Source of the DNA: Candidatus Obscuribacteraceae bacterium | GTDB lineage: Bacteria; Cyanobacteriota; Vampirovibrionia; Obscuribacterales; Obscuribacteraceae | Reading direction: 5' to 3' | NCBI GenBank assembly: GCA_044229845.1 | Contig: JBGASG010000004.1 | Location: 128,001 to 192,000, forward strand | DNA length: 64,000 bases | Part shown: positions 22,530 through 33,031 of the stretch, one piece after another | Numbering within the stretch: position 1 is the stretch's first letter | Layout of the letters: each line of letters starts with the position of its first letter | Notes under the pieces: model-generated | What the model was told of the DNA's origin: nothing | The model's database searches: none | What the model saw: the letters and a program-made list of their open reading frames with translations, nothing else | Program-made: the position numbers and the translations under genes

Positions 22530-23147
22530 ATGACTAAAGCAAACACAGCAGCAGTCTGGGCAATCGCTGCAGCCTGCATACTCACGCAATCCACAGTTGT
22601 CGCGGCGGCAGAGTGGTCGCTCGATCCGGCTCACTCGAGCGCCGGATTCAAAGTCCGCCACATGATGGTCTCGAATGTCAGCGGACAATTCGGAGGCGTC
22701 ACCGGCACGGCTGAGTACGACGGCAAAGACATCAAATCGCTGAAGGTCAATGCCGAGATCGATGCCACTACAGTTAATACCGGCGACAAAGCCCGCGACG
22801 AGCACCTGCGCAAAGCCGACTTCTTCGACGTCGAAAAATATCCGAAGATGTCATTCAAATCGACCAAGGTCGTGCCACAAGGCAAGGACAAATTTCAACT
22901 GGTCGGCGACTTCACGCTGCATGGCGTGACAAAGCCGGTCACGCTGGAAGTGGAAGGACCTTCGGCCGTCATCACGGATAAGAAAGGCGGCACTCGCACC
23001 GGTGCCTCAGCGACGGCGACCTTGAAGCGCAAAGATTTCGGCATCAGCTATGGTGGCGTGCTCGACAACGGCGGAGCCGCAATCGGCGATGACGTCAAAA
23101 TCGAATTAGAAATCGAAATGACCAAGGCTAAAACAGCCAGCAAGTAG
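22530..23147 (+). CDS. yceI: YceI family polyisoprenoid-binding periplasmic protein
   Basis: WSLDPAHSSAGFKVRHMMVSNVSGQF, RDEHLRKADFFDVEKYP, GDFTLHGVTKPV. Confidence 0.92.
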   Translation: MTKANTAAVWAIAAACILTQSTVVAAAEWSLDPAHSSAGFKVRHMMVSNVSGQFGGVTGTAEYDGKDIKSLKVNAEIDATTVNTGDKARDEHLRKADFFDVEKYPKMSFKSTKVVPQGKDKFQLVGDFTLHGVTKPVTLEVEGPSAVITDKKGGTRTGASATATLKRKDFGISYGGVLDNGGAAIGDDVKIELEIEMTKAKTASK

Positions 23148-23154
23148 TTCAGGC

Positions 23155-23646
23155 TCAGGCAGCCGAACCTTGACCGGCAGCGCGCAACGCTGCCAGTTGT
23201 TTGTGCGCCTGCATGCCCCGATAAATGAAGAAGAGCGCCAGCCCGTGGAAACCTATGGCAATCCAGTTGGCAGTCAGCACGTAGAGCAGCGCGTCGGCAC
23301 CATAACAGATCATGCCGAGCATAAATGCCCAGTCGTGTCCTTTTCTGGCGAAGGCGCCGAAAAGGACGAATAATCCCGACACGACCAGATCGGCAACAAA
23401 CGCACAAGCCTTGGCGGCAATTACCATGTCGCCGCTGGCACCCTTGGCTAATGCCAGGGCGATTCCGTCGATGAACTGGGTCATGCCCAAACCGATCACA
23501 AATCCGAAGTCGCTGTTGCTCATGGCTGCGATCGAATTGACCAGCGAGAGGGCGGCGATCCAGTAAAACCAGCGCGACCCCGATGCGTGGAGGCGCTCCA
23601 GGTCTAATTCACGGGCTACCGATTGGCGATCAGGGGGCTGATTCAT
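23155..23646 (-). CDS. hypothetical membrane protein (4-5 TM)
   Basis: Hydrophobic ORF (WFYWIAALSLVNSI...), GGAG RBS upstream. Confidence 0.7.
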   Translation of the reverse strand: MNQPPDRQSVARELDLERLHASGSRWFYWIAALSLVNSIAAMSNSDFGFVIGLGMTQFIDGIALALAKGASGDMVIAAKACAFVADLVVSGLFVLFGAFARKGHDWAFMLGMICYGADALLYVLTANWIAIGFHGLALFFIYRGMQAHKQLAALRAAGQGSAA

Positions 23647-23700
23647 AGCCGGCTCCAGCTAAGGGCGTATCTCCTTTATGCCCCCGAAGTGCGGAACCTT

Positions 23701-25212
23701 CTACGTTGATCGCAGCAAATCCGAGCAGAAGTATTGGATAAACTCTCGGCTGGCGTCGCTGATTTTGGCGGCACCAAAGATAACCTCATCGATAGCCGCA
23801 ATCTCTGCATCAAAAGGCTGAGTACCGGAGGCAAACGCGCGGCGCGCAATCGAGGTCAGCCGCCGCTTCTGCGCAGCCGAAAGTGAGATGAGCGGAATCC
23901 GCGCTACATAGCCGGAGGTAATCATGTTGGTGCGCAGCAAAACGCCGCGAACCAGATATGTGACAAGCGTGCTGTTCAAATACGCAAGCAGCCACCAGAT
24001 ATCTTCACTCTCCGGAAAAATATTGGCGTTGACGCCGAACAACGCACCGGCAGGCAGATAGGTGGCAGCAAACGACACGCCCATCGACGAACAGGAAATC
24101 CCCTCTCTGAACAACAGGTGGTGGTTGCGCACGATAAAGTTGGGGACGGCGCGCGAGATTTCCAGAAAGTTCGCATCGATGTACTGCACGCCTTCATACC
24201 GAAAGCGCTGGCGTCCCGGATTCTTATAGAACGGCACCGTAAATGGTGCGCGCCGCCGCGCCGAAATATACCGCGCATCGTTGCCTGTGGAGATGCCGGT
24301 CGCACAGGCAAAAACATCTCCCAGGCGCGGTCCTTCAAAAAGCGTTCTGACGTCTACAGGGCAACCGATGACAAATTGCAGATGATCGGTCTCACCAAGC
24401 ATCAAATCAACAAAGGGTGTTCTGGAGAAACTGCCCGAGGTCAGCTGTTTCTTGAACTGACGCGTATCCGGTGGACGATTGGCTGTCTTTACGATCGGCA
24501 ACTGGTGCTGGTTTCCCTTCTGCAAAATGATAATGCAAGTGCGCACGTCAGCGCTTTGCTGATGAAACAGGTCAGTCGGGCATAGTGCCACCAGATGCAC
24601 CGCACATTGCGAAAAAATCCGGCGCCGTAAGGCTGCATGCATGCGCGCGGTCAGAAACGAATCGAAGGTCAAAAGACCGATGAACGCGCCGTCAGCGGCC
24701 ATATCGATAAGGGCGGCCACGAACATGGCAAACATATTGCCGATGCCCACCTCGGGAAACGCGTCGGACAGCCGTTTCTTATTAGCCCTGACATAATCTG
24801 CTTCGTGGCAATTGTAGGGGGGATTGGCGACCAGCAAATCATGCGGCAACGGTTTGCGGCGTGAGGAGTTTTTCCACCCGGCGTAAAACTCGAGAAAGTC
24901 GCGTCGCTCGAAGTTGCATACATATTCGTGCGACGCGGCGAAATTTTCGATGTCATATCCGGTGCAGGACAGTTCTCGATCTATAAATGGTGCAAGCAAT
25001 TCCTCTTTGCCCACACAAGGATCGAAGACGCTTTCAGCATCGGGAGCCAGGTGCAAAAGCTGCTCTGCGAGAAACTGCGCGACGAAGTCGGGCGTGCTGT
25101 AATAACCGGCAGCGCGCCGGTCCAGTCCCGAATCAGTCAATACAGTTTTGGTGCCGCGTCCCACAATAAAAAGTTGGGGCAAAAGCTTGACATTTTCAAG
25201 AGCGTGCCCCAT
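23701..25212 (-). CDS. N6-adenine DNA methyltransferase (gamma class, TaqI/Eco57I-like) with C-terminal target-recognition region
   Basis: GYYSTP (motif X), FDPCVG (motif I variant), NPPY (motif IV), WLLAYLNSTLV typical of TaqI-like C-terminal region. Confidence 0.8.
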   Translation of the reverse strand: MGHALENVKLLPQLFIVGRGTKTVLTDSGLDRRAAGYYSTPDFVAQFLAEQLLHLAPDAESVFDPCVGKEELLAPFIDRELSCTGYDIENFAASHEYVCNFERRDFLEFYAGWKNSSRRKPLPHDLLVANPPYNCHEADYVRANKKRLSDAFPEVGIGNMFAMFVAALIDMAADGAFIGLLTFDSFLTARMHAALRRRIFSQCAVHLVALCPTDLFHQQSADVRTCIIILQKGNQHQLPIVKTANRPPDTRQFKKQLTSGSFSRTPFVDLMLGETDHLQFVIGCPVDVRTLFEGPRLGDVFACATGISTGNDARYISARRRAPFTVPFYKNPGRQRFRYEGVQYIDANFLEISRAVPNFIVRNHHLLFREGISCSSMGVSFAATYLPAGALFGVNANIFPESEDIWWLLAYLNSTLVTYLVRGVLLRTNMITSGYVARIPLISLSAAQKRRLTSIARRAFASGTQPFDAEIAAIDEVIFGAAKISDASREFIQYFCSDLLRST

Positions 25213-25387
25213 AGTATGAAAGCCATTTTAGGCAGGCGCACTTTTCGCGTCTTTGACCTCTCTCTTACTAGAACGAAAAATCGGTTCCTCTGCAGGATTT
25301 GCAATCCGCTATTTCTTGCTGCGGTTCCCCATCTTCACGCCCTTGCACAATCTCTCGCATCCATTTTGGAAAGCGGAGGTAACTTCT

Positions 25388-26602
25388 TTGAACACGTTGA
25401 AGAATAAGAGTCTGATTCCGGTGCGGCTCGGTCGCCTGCTGCAGGCCGCCGGCATCATTCAACCCTCGGCCCTGACGACGGCGCTGGCATGTGCTCGCAC
25501 GCGTCATATGAAAGTCGGCGAGATTCTCTGCGAATGCAACCTCGTGCGCGAACCGGTTCTGCAGGCGTCCCTGGAAGCACAACGCCTGGTGCGTGAATCG
25601 CTGCTTTCCTTCGAGCTGGCAGTGGAAGCTCTCAGACTGGTGCAGACCCATAACATGGGCATTCATCATGCCTTGAAGAGGCTGGGCTGGAATGCGGAGA
25701 ATCAATTCGACACCAGCGATTCGCTTTCGCGATTGCTGATTGCCGTGCACGCCGCCAATCAGATGCAGCTCGACCAGGCGCGCTGGATGGCGCAAAAACG
25801 ACAGATTACTTTTGGAGAAGCCCTGATTCAGGAGGCCGGGTTGCCGCCTAAACTCCTGATCGCGGCACTGGACTCGCTGGTTCTCATCCGGGACGGCAAG
25901 CTGAACGCACAACAAGCGGTGGACGCTCTGACGCGCGTCAAACGCGAGGGGATCACCATCTACGAAACTCTGGAGGAGCCACCATACCCGGTGGCGCGCA
26001 TCGGCGAGCTGTTGACGATGTCGGGAATCTTGAGCGAAACAGATGTGACCCACGTGCTGGAAGTTGCATTGCTGGAACAGAAGCGCATCGGCGAAGTCCT
26101 CATGCAGTCCGCGTTGATCACGCCCGTGGTCGTTGACGGCTGCCTGCGCACGCAATCGCTGATCTCGCAGGGACGCCTGTCTCTGTGCGACGGCATTGAT
26201 CTCTTGCGCAGCGTCCACGAACAGCAACGCAGCCTGGAATCAGTCGTGCGCGAAATGATCGCGATCAGGCTCCAGGCTTGCGGGCTGCTGCACCAACTCA
26301 ACTTCATCAGCGATGCGGAACTGTTCGAAGCCGGACGCATTCTGGAAAATCTCGGCGATCCGATGCTGGCATTTGCCTTGAACGGACGCATGAATGGCTT
26401 TCTTCTGCAGACGGCAGTGGAATGCTCGATTCGCATCTACGAAAAGTCGATTACGCTCAACGAAGCCTTGAATGGGCTGACCTACTGCGCCAGCGGGCAA
26501 GGCAGCCTCGACTCCTACATCGAGCAAGTAGAACTTGCCGAGCTGCGCACCTTCTTTGGAGGGACACAGCAAGGAGCGCACCAAGTAGCGCGCAGCGCCT
26601 GA
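25388..26602 (+). CDS. stand-alone tandem MshEN-like repeat protein
   Basis: RLGRLLQAAGII..KVGEIL, ITFGEALIQEAGL, RIGELLTMSGIL..KRIGEVLMQSALI; TTG start 25388 after GGAGGT. Confidence 0.75.
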   Translation: MNTLKNKSLIPVRLGRLLQAAGIIQPSALTTALACARTRHMKVGEILCECNLVREPVLQASLEAQRLVRESLLSFELAVEALRLVQTHNMGIHHALKRLGWNAENQFDTSDSLSRLLIAVHAANQMQLDQARWMAQKRQITFGEALIQEAGLPPKLLIAALDSLVLIRDGKLNAQQAVDALTRVKREGITIYETLEEPPYPVARIGELLTMSGILSETDVTHVLEVALLEQKRIGEVLMQSALITPVVVDGCLRTQSLISQGRLSLCDGIDLLRSVHEQQRSLESVVREMIAIRLQACGLLHQLNFISDAELFEAGRILENLGDPMLAFALNGRMNGFLLQTAVECSIRIYEKSITLNEALNGLTYCASGQGSLDSYIEQVELAELRTFFGGTQQGAHQVARSA

Positions 26603-26653
26603 CGGCACCCGCGCCTCCGACGGATTACCGTCTCTCTTCTCCAACCCCCTGCT

Positions 26654-26685
26654 AAGCCGCGCGGACAAGCCTTCCCGCGCGGCTT
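26654..26685. terminator. hairpin between convergent genes
   Basis: AAGCCGCGCGG/CCGCGCGGCTT inverted repeat. Confidence 0.55.
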
Positions 26686-26698
26686 CCCCTTGCGGTCT

Positions 26699-27625
26699 TT
26701 ACTTGCCGGCTTTAGCAGTCAGTTGGTTGCAGCAGCGCGGAATGTCGTCGATCACTGATTCTTGTGTCGGCAGCCAACCCAATTTGCGGGCGCGTTCTCC
26801 ACGGATGCGCGAATTGGATCCGAGCGCGAAGACTGCCATGCCCTTGCCCCATTTTTTCGTCGCTTCAGCAATCGGCCATTCTTCGACGGCGGCTTTAATC
26901 TTCAGAGCTTCGCGAATTTTTTCTGCGATTTGCTTGAATGTCGTTTCGCCGCTTTCGGCGAAGAAAAAGACGCCGCCTTCCGGAGCAGCCTTGATCACCG
27001 CCATATAGAGTTGCGCTAGGTCCTGGATATGAATCGTCGACCAGGTGTTTTCACCTCGCCCGACGCAGCGCACCACGCCGCTCTCGATCGCTTGCTTGAT
27101 CAAAGCGGGCACTTGCTGACTTTCCGAATTGACACCCTTGCTCTCGCCGTAAATCAAACATGGGCAGATGACTACAGAACGAATTCCTTGCTTGCCTGCC
27201 GCCAGCACTTCGTTATCGATGGCGACGCGTGCTTTCTTTTCGGCTTCGGGAGTGAATTTGCTGTCTTCTTTGAAAACTTTGTCCGACGGTTCGCCATTAG
27301 CCTGGTCGGACACAATGCTGGATCCGCTGGTATGGATAAGGACTTTGTCAGTGCCTTCCAGCGCCTTGATCAGGGTTTCGACTGTCTTCGCGTCGTCCGA
27401 GTCGGCGGCGTTCACGACAATATCCGCTTCCTGAGCGTGCTTGGTCAAAAGAGCCGCATCCGACATTTCGCCGACCACAGGTTCGATGCCCTGTTTCTTC
27501 ATTTCGGCGGCTTTGTCCTTGGACCGGGTCAGCCCTTTGACCGTGTACTCGTTTTCAGCCAACAGCGCTGCAACCGCGCCGCCAATATAACCGGACGCCC
27601 CAACAACGAATACCTTTAATGACAT
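26699..27625 (-). CDS. NAD-dependent epimerase/dehydratase family (atypical SDR)
   Basis: GASGYIG Rossmann motif, LIHTSGSS, HIQDLAQLY. Confidence 0.85.
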   Translation of the reverse strand: MSLKVFVVGASGYIGGAVAALLAENEYTVKGLTRSKDKAAEMKKQGIEPVVGEMSDAALLTKHAQEADIVVNAADSDDAKTVETLIKALEGTDKVLIHTSGSSIVSDQANGEPSDKVFKEDSKFTPEAEKKARVAIDNEVLAAGKQGIRSVVICPCLIYGESKGVNSESQQVPALIKQAIESGVVRCVGRGENTWSTIHIQDLAQLYMAVIKAAPEGGVFFFAESGETTFKQIAEKIREALKIKAAVEEWPIAEATKKWGKGMAVFALGSNSRIRGERARKLGWLPTQESVIDDIPRCCNQLTAKAGK

Positions 27626-27718
27626 TCCTCGAACTCCGTTTCGACGAAGACAGACAACGCCTTGATTTTACTGGATTCACTTTGCCAAGCGCGACGGTAG
27701 CTTTCCAAGCGCGAACAG

Positions 27719-28996
27719 TTACTTTGCCAAGCGCCCGGTCACCTTGACGAACTTGCGCCGTCCGATTTGCAGCACGAAGGTATGACTGTCGTCCGGCGTG
27801 ACCATGGCATTTGCATCCGACCACGGTTCACCGTCCACTTTGACGCCGCCGTCTGCAAAACTGCGTTTGGCTTCACCTGTACCACCAACGAGCTTTGCCT
27901 CAGCAAGAACTCTAAACAGCATCATTTCTTCCTGCACCACATACGATGGCATGTCTTCAGGCGCCTGCCGTTCGCTGTGTACACGTTTCCATTCTTCCTG
28001 CGCCTTATCGGCCGCCTCGGCTCCGTGGTATTGCAACACAATCTGGTGCGCCAGGCGATGCTTAACTTCCATGGGATGCGCCCCGCTCTTCAGTTCAGCA
28101 GCAATTGCGTCAACTTCCGCGCCGGTCAGGCTGGTAGCCAGGTTGAAGTATTTAACCAACAGTCCATCGGGAACGCGCATCGACTTGCCGTACATGTCGC
28201 CGGCGGCTTCCTTGAGGCCGATGTAGTTGTCGTAGGTCTTGGACATCTTCTGCACGCCATCGGTGCCTTCCAGCAACGGCAGCAGATACGCGAGCTGTAC
28301 ATCCATGTCAAAACGCTCTTGCAAATCGCGCCCTTGCAAAATGTTGAAGCGTTGATCGGTTCCGCCCAACTCCACATCAGCCTTGATGGCAACTGAGTCG
28401 TAGCCCTGCAAAATCGGATAGAACAACTCATGCAATCCAACAGGCAAGCCTTTCTCAATGCGGTCGCCGAATGCTTCTTTTTGCAGCATCTGGTTGACAG
28501 TCGCTTTCGCAGCCAGTTTAAGAACCGCATCCAGAGTCAAGGGTGCCAACCAATCTGCATTGTTGGTCAGTTCAATTTTGTCGAGATCGAGAATGGTGCT
28601 GATTTGTTCGAGGTATGTTTTGGCGTTGGCTTGCACGTCTTCGGCAGTGAGATTGGGGCGGGTTTTGTTTCTCCCAGAGGGGTCACCAATCTGCGCAGTA
28701 AAGCCGCCGATGATCAACACGACCTGATGCCCGTGGTCCTGAAAACGCTTCAGGGTGCGAAACTGCACCGCATGCCCCAAGTGCAAATCGACGTGGGTTG
28801 GGTCGACACCCAGCTTGACGCGCATTTTGCGCCCGGCAGCCTGGCACTCCATGATCTTGCGGGCCAGTCCTTCGGCGCCGTCCGGAATTACTTCCGCGCC
28901 TCGAGAAAGCTCCACTGCCTCTGCCAAAATCTCAGGCGGAATCGGGGCATCCTTGCCTGATTTGCCGTCCTTCACCGTCTGCTGCACGTTCACCAA
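27719..28996 (-). CDS. tyrS: tyrosine--tRNA ligase
   Basis: KLGVDPT..LHLGH, YPILQGYDS, GGTDQRFN, KMSKT, C-terminal S4 domain. Confidence 0.97.
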   Translation of the reverse strand: MVNVQQTVKDGKSGKDAPIPPEILAEAVELSRGAEVIPDGAEGLARKIMECQAAGRKMRVKLGVDPTHVDLHLGHAVQFRTLKRFQDHGHQVVLIIGGFTAQIGDPSGRNKTRPNLTAEDVQANAKTYLEQISTILDLDKIELTNNADWLAPLTLDAVLKLAAKATVNQMLQKEAFGDRIEKGLPVGLHELFYPILQGYDSVAIKADVELGGTDQRFNILQGRDLQERFDMDVQLAYLLPLLEGTDGVQKMSKTYDNYIGLKEAAGDMYGKSMRVPDGLLVKYFNLATSLTGAEVDAIAAELKSGAHPMEVKHRLAHQIVLQYHGAEAADKAQEEWKRVHSERQAPEDMPSYVVQEEMMLFRVLAEAKLVGGTGEAKRSFADGGVKVDGEPWSDANAMVTPDDSHTFVLQIGRRKFVKVTGRLAK

Positions 28997-29155
28997 TCAA
29001 TCTCTCCCGCCTAGTCTCCCAAGATATCAAAACGATTCGTTGCAAGGAGCCGCTTTTGCTTGCTCCTGTGCATTCAGTTCGCTAAGATTCCATATCTTAC
29101 GGCGTTTCTATAAGAAATCCCATATCCCGCCATTTTGCACGGAGGCATTCGCAAC

Positions 29156-31771
29156 ATGGCATCTCCTTACAGCCCGCAGGAAATCGAAGAGAAGTGGCAG
29201 TCCGCCTGGGAAGAGGCGGGCATTTATAAAGCCAAGGACAATGACACCAGTCGTCCGAAGTTTTACTCACTCGTCATGTTTCCCTATCCGTCGGGCGACC
29301 TGCACATGGGTCACATGCGGGTGTACACCATCTCTGATGTCATCTCCAGACAACGGCGGATGATGGGTTATAACGTCCTCAATCCTATGGGTTGGGACGC
29401 ATTTGGTCTGCCGGCTGAGAACGCCGCCATCAAGCACAAAAAACATCCGGGCGACTGGACCTCCAACAACATTCGCCACATGCGCGATGCGCAGTTGAAG
29501 AAACTGGGCACCAGCTACGACTGGGAAAGAGAAGTCACAACGTGCAACCCTGACTACTATCACTGGACCCAGTGGATCATTTTGCAGTTGTACAAAGCCG
29601 GTCTGGCTTATCGCAAAAACGCACCAGTCAACTGGTGCCCTTCTTGCGCCACCGTACTGGCTAACGAGCAGGTTGAGAACGGCGCCTGCTGGCGGCATCC
29701 GGAGACGCGTGTCGAGCAGAAGCAGATGGAGCAGTGGTTTTTGAAAATCACCGCCTACGCGGATCAACTGCTGGATGATCTGGAGAAACTGACCGGCTGG
29801 GCGCCGCAAGTGCGCGTCATGCAGCAAAACTGGATCGGCAAGTCGCAAGGCGCCGAGCTTTCCTTCACGGTGGAAAGCAAACCGAATATTCAGATCAAAG
29901 TTTTCACCACGCGCGCCGATACCGTATTTGGTGTCAGCTATCTGGTTCTCGCTCCGGAAAATCCGCTGGTCGCCGAGCTGACCACGCCCGAAAACAAAGC
30001 GGCGGTGGAAGCGTACGTGGAAGAAGCGAAACGCAAGACCGAACTCGATCGCATCACTACCGAAAAAGCAAAGACCGGAGTGCCGCTGGGCACACACGTC
30101 CTCAATCCCTATAACGGCGATATCGTACCGATTTGGGTCTCCGACTATGTGCTGATGTCGTACGGCACCGGCGCGGTCATGGGCGTGCCCGCTCACGATG
30201 AGCGTGATTTTGAGTTTGCCAAGAAATTCCATCTGCCGATCACCGAAGTAATTTCACCGACCGGCGAAGCCAGCGGCGAGCTGAAAGCGGCATTTCTGGA
30301 AGACGGCACGATGGTCAATTCCGGACAGTTCAACGGATTGAAATCCGACGAAGCCCTGCCCAAGATGATCAAATGGGCAGAAGAAAACGGCGTCGGCAAA
30401 GGACGCATTCAATATCGCCTGCGCGACTGGCTGATCAGCCGCCAGCGTTATTGGGGCTGCCCGATCCCCCTGGTGCACTGCGAGCAATGCGGAGTGGTGC
30501 CGGTGCCCGACGACCAGCTGCCGGTGACGCTGCCTCTGGATATCAACTTCACCGGCGAAGGCGGATCGCCGCTTACAAAATTAGATGCTTGGGTCAACAC
30601 CACTTGCCCCAAATGCGGTGGCAAGGCAAAACGCGAAACCGACACGATGGATACATTTATTTGTTCCAGCTGGTATTTCTTCCGTTATGCCGATGCCCGC
30701 AACGACAAGCAAGCCTGGGACACCGCCAAGGTCAATTACTGGATGCCGGTAGACCAGTACGTCGGTGGTATCGAGCATGCCATTTTGCACTTGCTCTATT
30801 CGCGTTTCTTCACCAAAGCTCTGCGCGATATGAAACTCGTGGACTGCGACGAACCCTTCACCAACTTGCTGTCGCAGGGCATGGTGACCAAGTTTTCACC
30901 GCAATCAGGACGCATCGAAAAGATGTCGAAATCGCGGGGCAACGTAGTCGGCACTACCGATTTCTTCCAGCGTTACGGCGCCGATGCCGCACGACTGTTC
31001 ACACTGTTCGCCGCGCCACCTGAGCAAGAACTGGAGTGGTCGGAGGAAGGCGCCACCGGACAATTCCGTTTCTTAGGCCGCATTTGGCGTCTGGTTCAAG
31101 ACCTGGTCGACAAGGGCGTCATCGCGGAAAGCGGCAAGGCCCGCCAGTCTTTCGGAGACGCAGGCATCACCAGCTTCGAGGGTTTCGACTCGCGGGGCAA
31201 AGCCTTGCTGCAAGCGGTGCACCGCACCATAAAAGCGGTCAGCGACGATCTCTCGCAGGAACGGTATCAATTCAACACCGCCATCGCCCGCTGCATGGAG
31301 TTGGTCAACGCGTTATACGCGTACGTAGGCGGTGGCGCCCACGGTGGCGACAGTGACAGCGGCAATGGCGCTGGCGGCAACGGCAGTGACGGCAGCAAAC
31401 GCTTCACCGCCCAGGAGAAGGATCTGCTCTCCTTCGCGGTGCGCAGTTTGTTGTTAGTGCTGGCACCGATGGCACCACACTTGACGGAAGAACTGTGGCA
31501 TCAGGCTGGTTATTCGGACGGCTCCACAGACTCCATACACACACACACCTGGCCGACCTACAAAGCGGAACTGACCATCGCTGATGAAATCGAACTGGTG
31601 CTGCAGGTGAACGGCAAGCTTGTCAGCAAGGTTCTCGCCCAGCGGGGTTTATCAGACCCACAGGCGCAAGAACTGGCACTAGCCGATACGAAAGTGCAAA
31701 AGAAAATCGAAGGGCAATCCGTGCGCAAGGTGATTGTGGTGCGCGACCGCCTGGTCAATGTCGTGGTGTAA
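29156..31771 (+). CDS. leuS: leucine--tRNA ligase
   Basis: [15 protein letters not shown]1 editing [32 protein letters not shown]-terminal LVNVV. Confidence 0.98.
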   Translation: MASPYSPQEIEEKWQSAWEEAGIYKAKDNDTSRPKFYSLVMFPYPSGDLHMGHMRVYTISDVISRQRRMMGYNVLNPMGWDAFGLPAENAAIKHKKHPGDWTSNNIRHMRDAQLKKLGTSYDWEREVTTCNPDYYHWTQWIILQLYKAGLAYRKNAPVNWCPSCATVLANEQVENGACWRHPETRVEQKQMEQWFLKITAYADQLLDDLEKLTGWAPQVRVMQQNWIGKSQGAELSFTVESKPNIQIKVFTTRADTVFGVSYLVLAPENPLVAELTTPENKAAVEAYVEEAKRKTELDRITTEKAKTGVPLGTHVLNPYNGDIVPIWVSDYVLMSYGTGAVMGVPAHDERDFEFAKKFHLPITEVISPTGEASGELKAAFLEDGTMVNSGQFNGLKSDEALPKMIKWAEENGVGKGRIQYRLRDWLISRQRYWGCPIPLVHCEQCGVVPVPDDQLPVTLPLDINFTGEGGSPLTKLDAWVNTTCPKCGGKAKRETDTMDTFICSSWYFFRYADARNDKQAWDTAKVNYWMPVDQYVGGIEHAILHLLYSRFFTKALRDMKLVDCDEPFTNLLSQGMVTKFSPQSGRIEKMSKSRGNVVGTTDFFQRYGADAARLFTLFAAPPEQELEWSEEGATGQFRFLGRIWRLVQDLVDKGVIAESGKARQSFGDAGITSFEGFDSRGKALLQAVHRTIKAVSDDLSQERYQFNTAIARCMELVNALYAYVGGGAHGGDSDSGNGAGGNGSDGSKRFTAQEKDLLSFAVRSLLLVLAPMAPHLTEELWHQAGYSDGSTDSIHTHTWPTYKAELTIADEIELVLQVNGKLVSKVLAQRGLSDPQAQELALADTKVQKKIEGQSVRKVIVVRDRLVNVVV

Positions 31772-31907
31772 ATCATCAACAGGCATTGCGATTATCTGAC
31801 TTACTTTCAGTTACAAAGAAACTGCATTTGGGTATTCTCAGTTAGAAGGCGGCGATTTAGCGTCGCCCTCTAGTGGTGACTCATCTGACATGAGATAATT
31901 CGGCGTT

Positions 31908-32909
31908 ATGACTGGGATTCGCAAAGCCAAACAAGAAGAATATAAGGAGCAAGCCAAGCAGCCAGCTTTGACTTTGCTGGCGATGATCGGACCGCCCCTT
32001 ATCAACAACTTCATGTCTCCGGTCGCCGAAAACATGAACAACCTGACGGTGCACGCGTTCACCGCCAGTAAGGCTTATAGCTTGCTGACAAAGCAAGACT
32101 GGGGCGGGTTGGCTAACTTGTGTTATCAGGCGACATTCGATCACATGACAGGCTTCCTGTTCATGATCAACCTCTCTTTCATGTATATCTTCGGGTCCTG
32201 GCTCGAGAAAAAGCTCTGGGGCTGGCGTTACTTGTCCTTTCTACTCCTGGCGGTTTTCGTGCCCTGGGCGATTTTGTTTTACGACGTGAAGAGTGCGCCG
32301 TCGCTCGTCGAAAAAATGTTTGTCAGCCCCATGCTGATGCTTCTGTTCATGGCCGGCGGCTATGCTGCCGTGAAGCCGGAAAAACCGTTCGTCCCGGCAG
32401 ACTGGGTGCGCCCGAGCTGGAAAATCTTCCGCCAGGAGCGCAAAGTCCCGCTGATGGAGATGTACTGGGTTTCTCCATGGGTGTTCGTAATCGTCTTGAT
32501 TGTCTATGCCAGCCTCATCAACGTGGGAATGGGCATCAACCGCCGTATGGTCCTGGATCTGCCGGGCGGCAGCCCGATGATGGCTCAAGCACACCGCTGG
32601 ATGATCGGTCGCATCGACCAGGCCGACCAGATAGCCGCCTTCTCATGGCTGGCAGCAATCGGAACGCTGGCAGCCGGCGCCATTAGCGCCCCGACACTGC
32701 TCATGATTCGCATGACGACCCAAGCGAAGCGGTCCGGCGGCGTACTGCAGCAGCGCGCATTACAGCACTATAAAGAATTGCGTTCGCTGGACATGACCCA
32801 CGACCAGGCGCTGGAAGGCACTTCCAAATTCCTGGCCGTGCCTCTGGACATCTGCCGAGACTGGATCGCCAAAGGGCAGGCAGCGCTCAAGCAAGAGAAG
32901 AAGAACTAA
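31908..32909 (+). CDS. rhomboid-like membrane protein, probably catalytically inactive
   Basis: TFDH..FLFMINLSFMYIFGSWLEKKLWGWRYL matches rhomboid TM2 region; GxSG and catalytic His not found. Confidence 0.6.
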   Translation: MTGIRKAKQEEYKEQAKQPALTLLAMIGPPLINNFMSPVAENMNNLTVHAFTASKAYSLLTKQDWGGLANLCYQATFDHMTGFLFMINLSFMYIFGSWLEKKLWGWRYLSFLLLAVFVPWAILFYDVKSAPSLVEKMFVSPMLMLLFMAGGYAAVKPEKPFVPADWVRPSWKIFRQERKVPLMEMYWVSPWVFVIVLIVYASLINVGMGINRRMVLDLPGGSPMMAQAHRWMIGRIDQADQIAAFSWLAAIGTLAAGAISAPTLLMIRMTTQAKRSGGVLQQRALQHYKELRSLDMTHDQALEGTSKFLAVPLDICRDWIAKGQAALKQEKKN

Positions 32910-33031
32910 GTTCAAGCCTGTCCCATGCCATTACAACCAATTAATCGCTTTTTGGCTTAAAAGCGCACAACGGTTGCGGTTTTCGGACCATGTTAAGATA
33001 GGCACCTTCATCTTGGCAGGCGCCCGAGAAT

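Noticed and set aside
31325..31400. Gly/Ser/Asp-rich insertion in LeuS ([23 protein letters not shown])
   Set aside because: In-frame low-complexity loop in a variable region; no intein or frameshift signature
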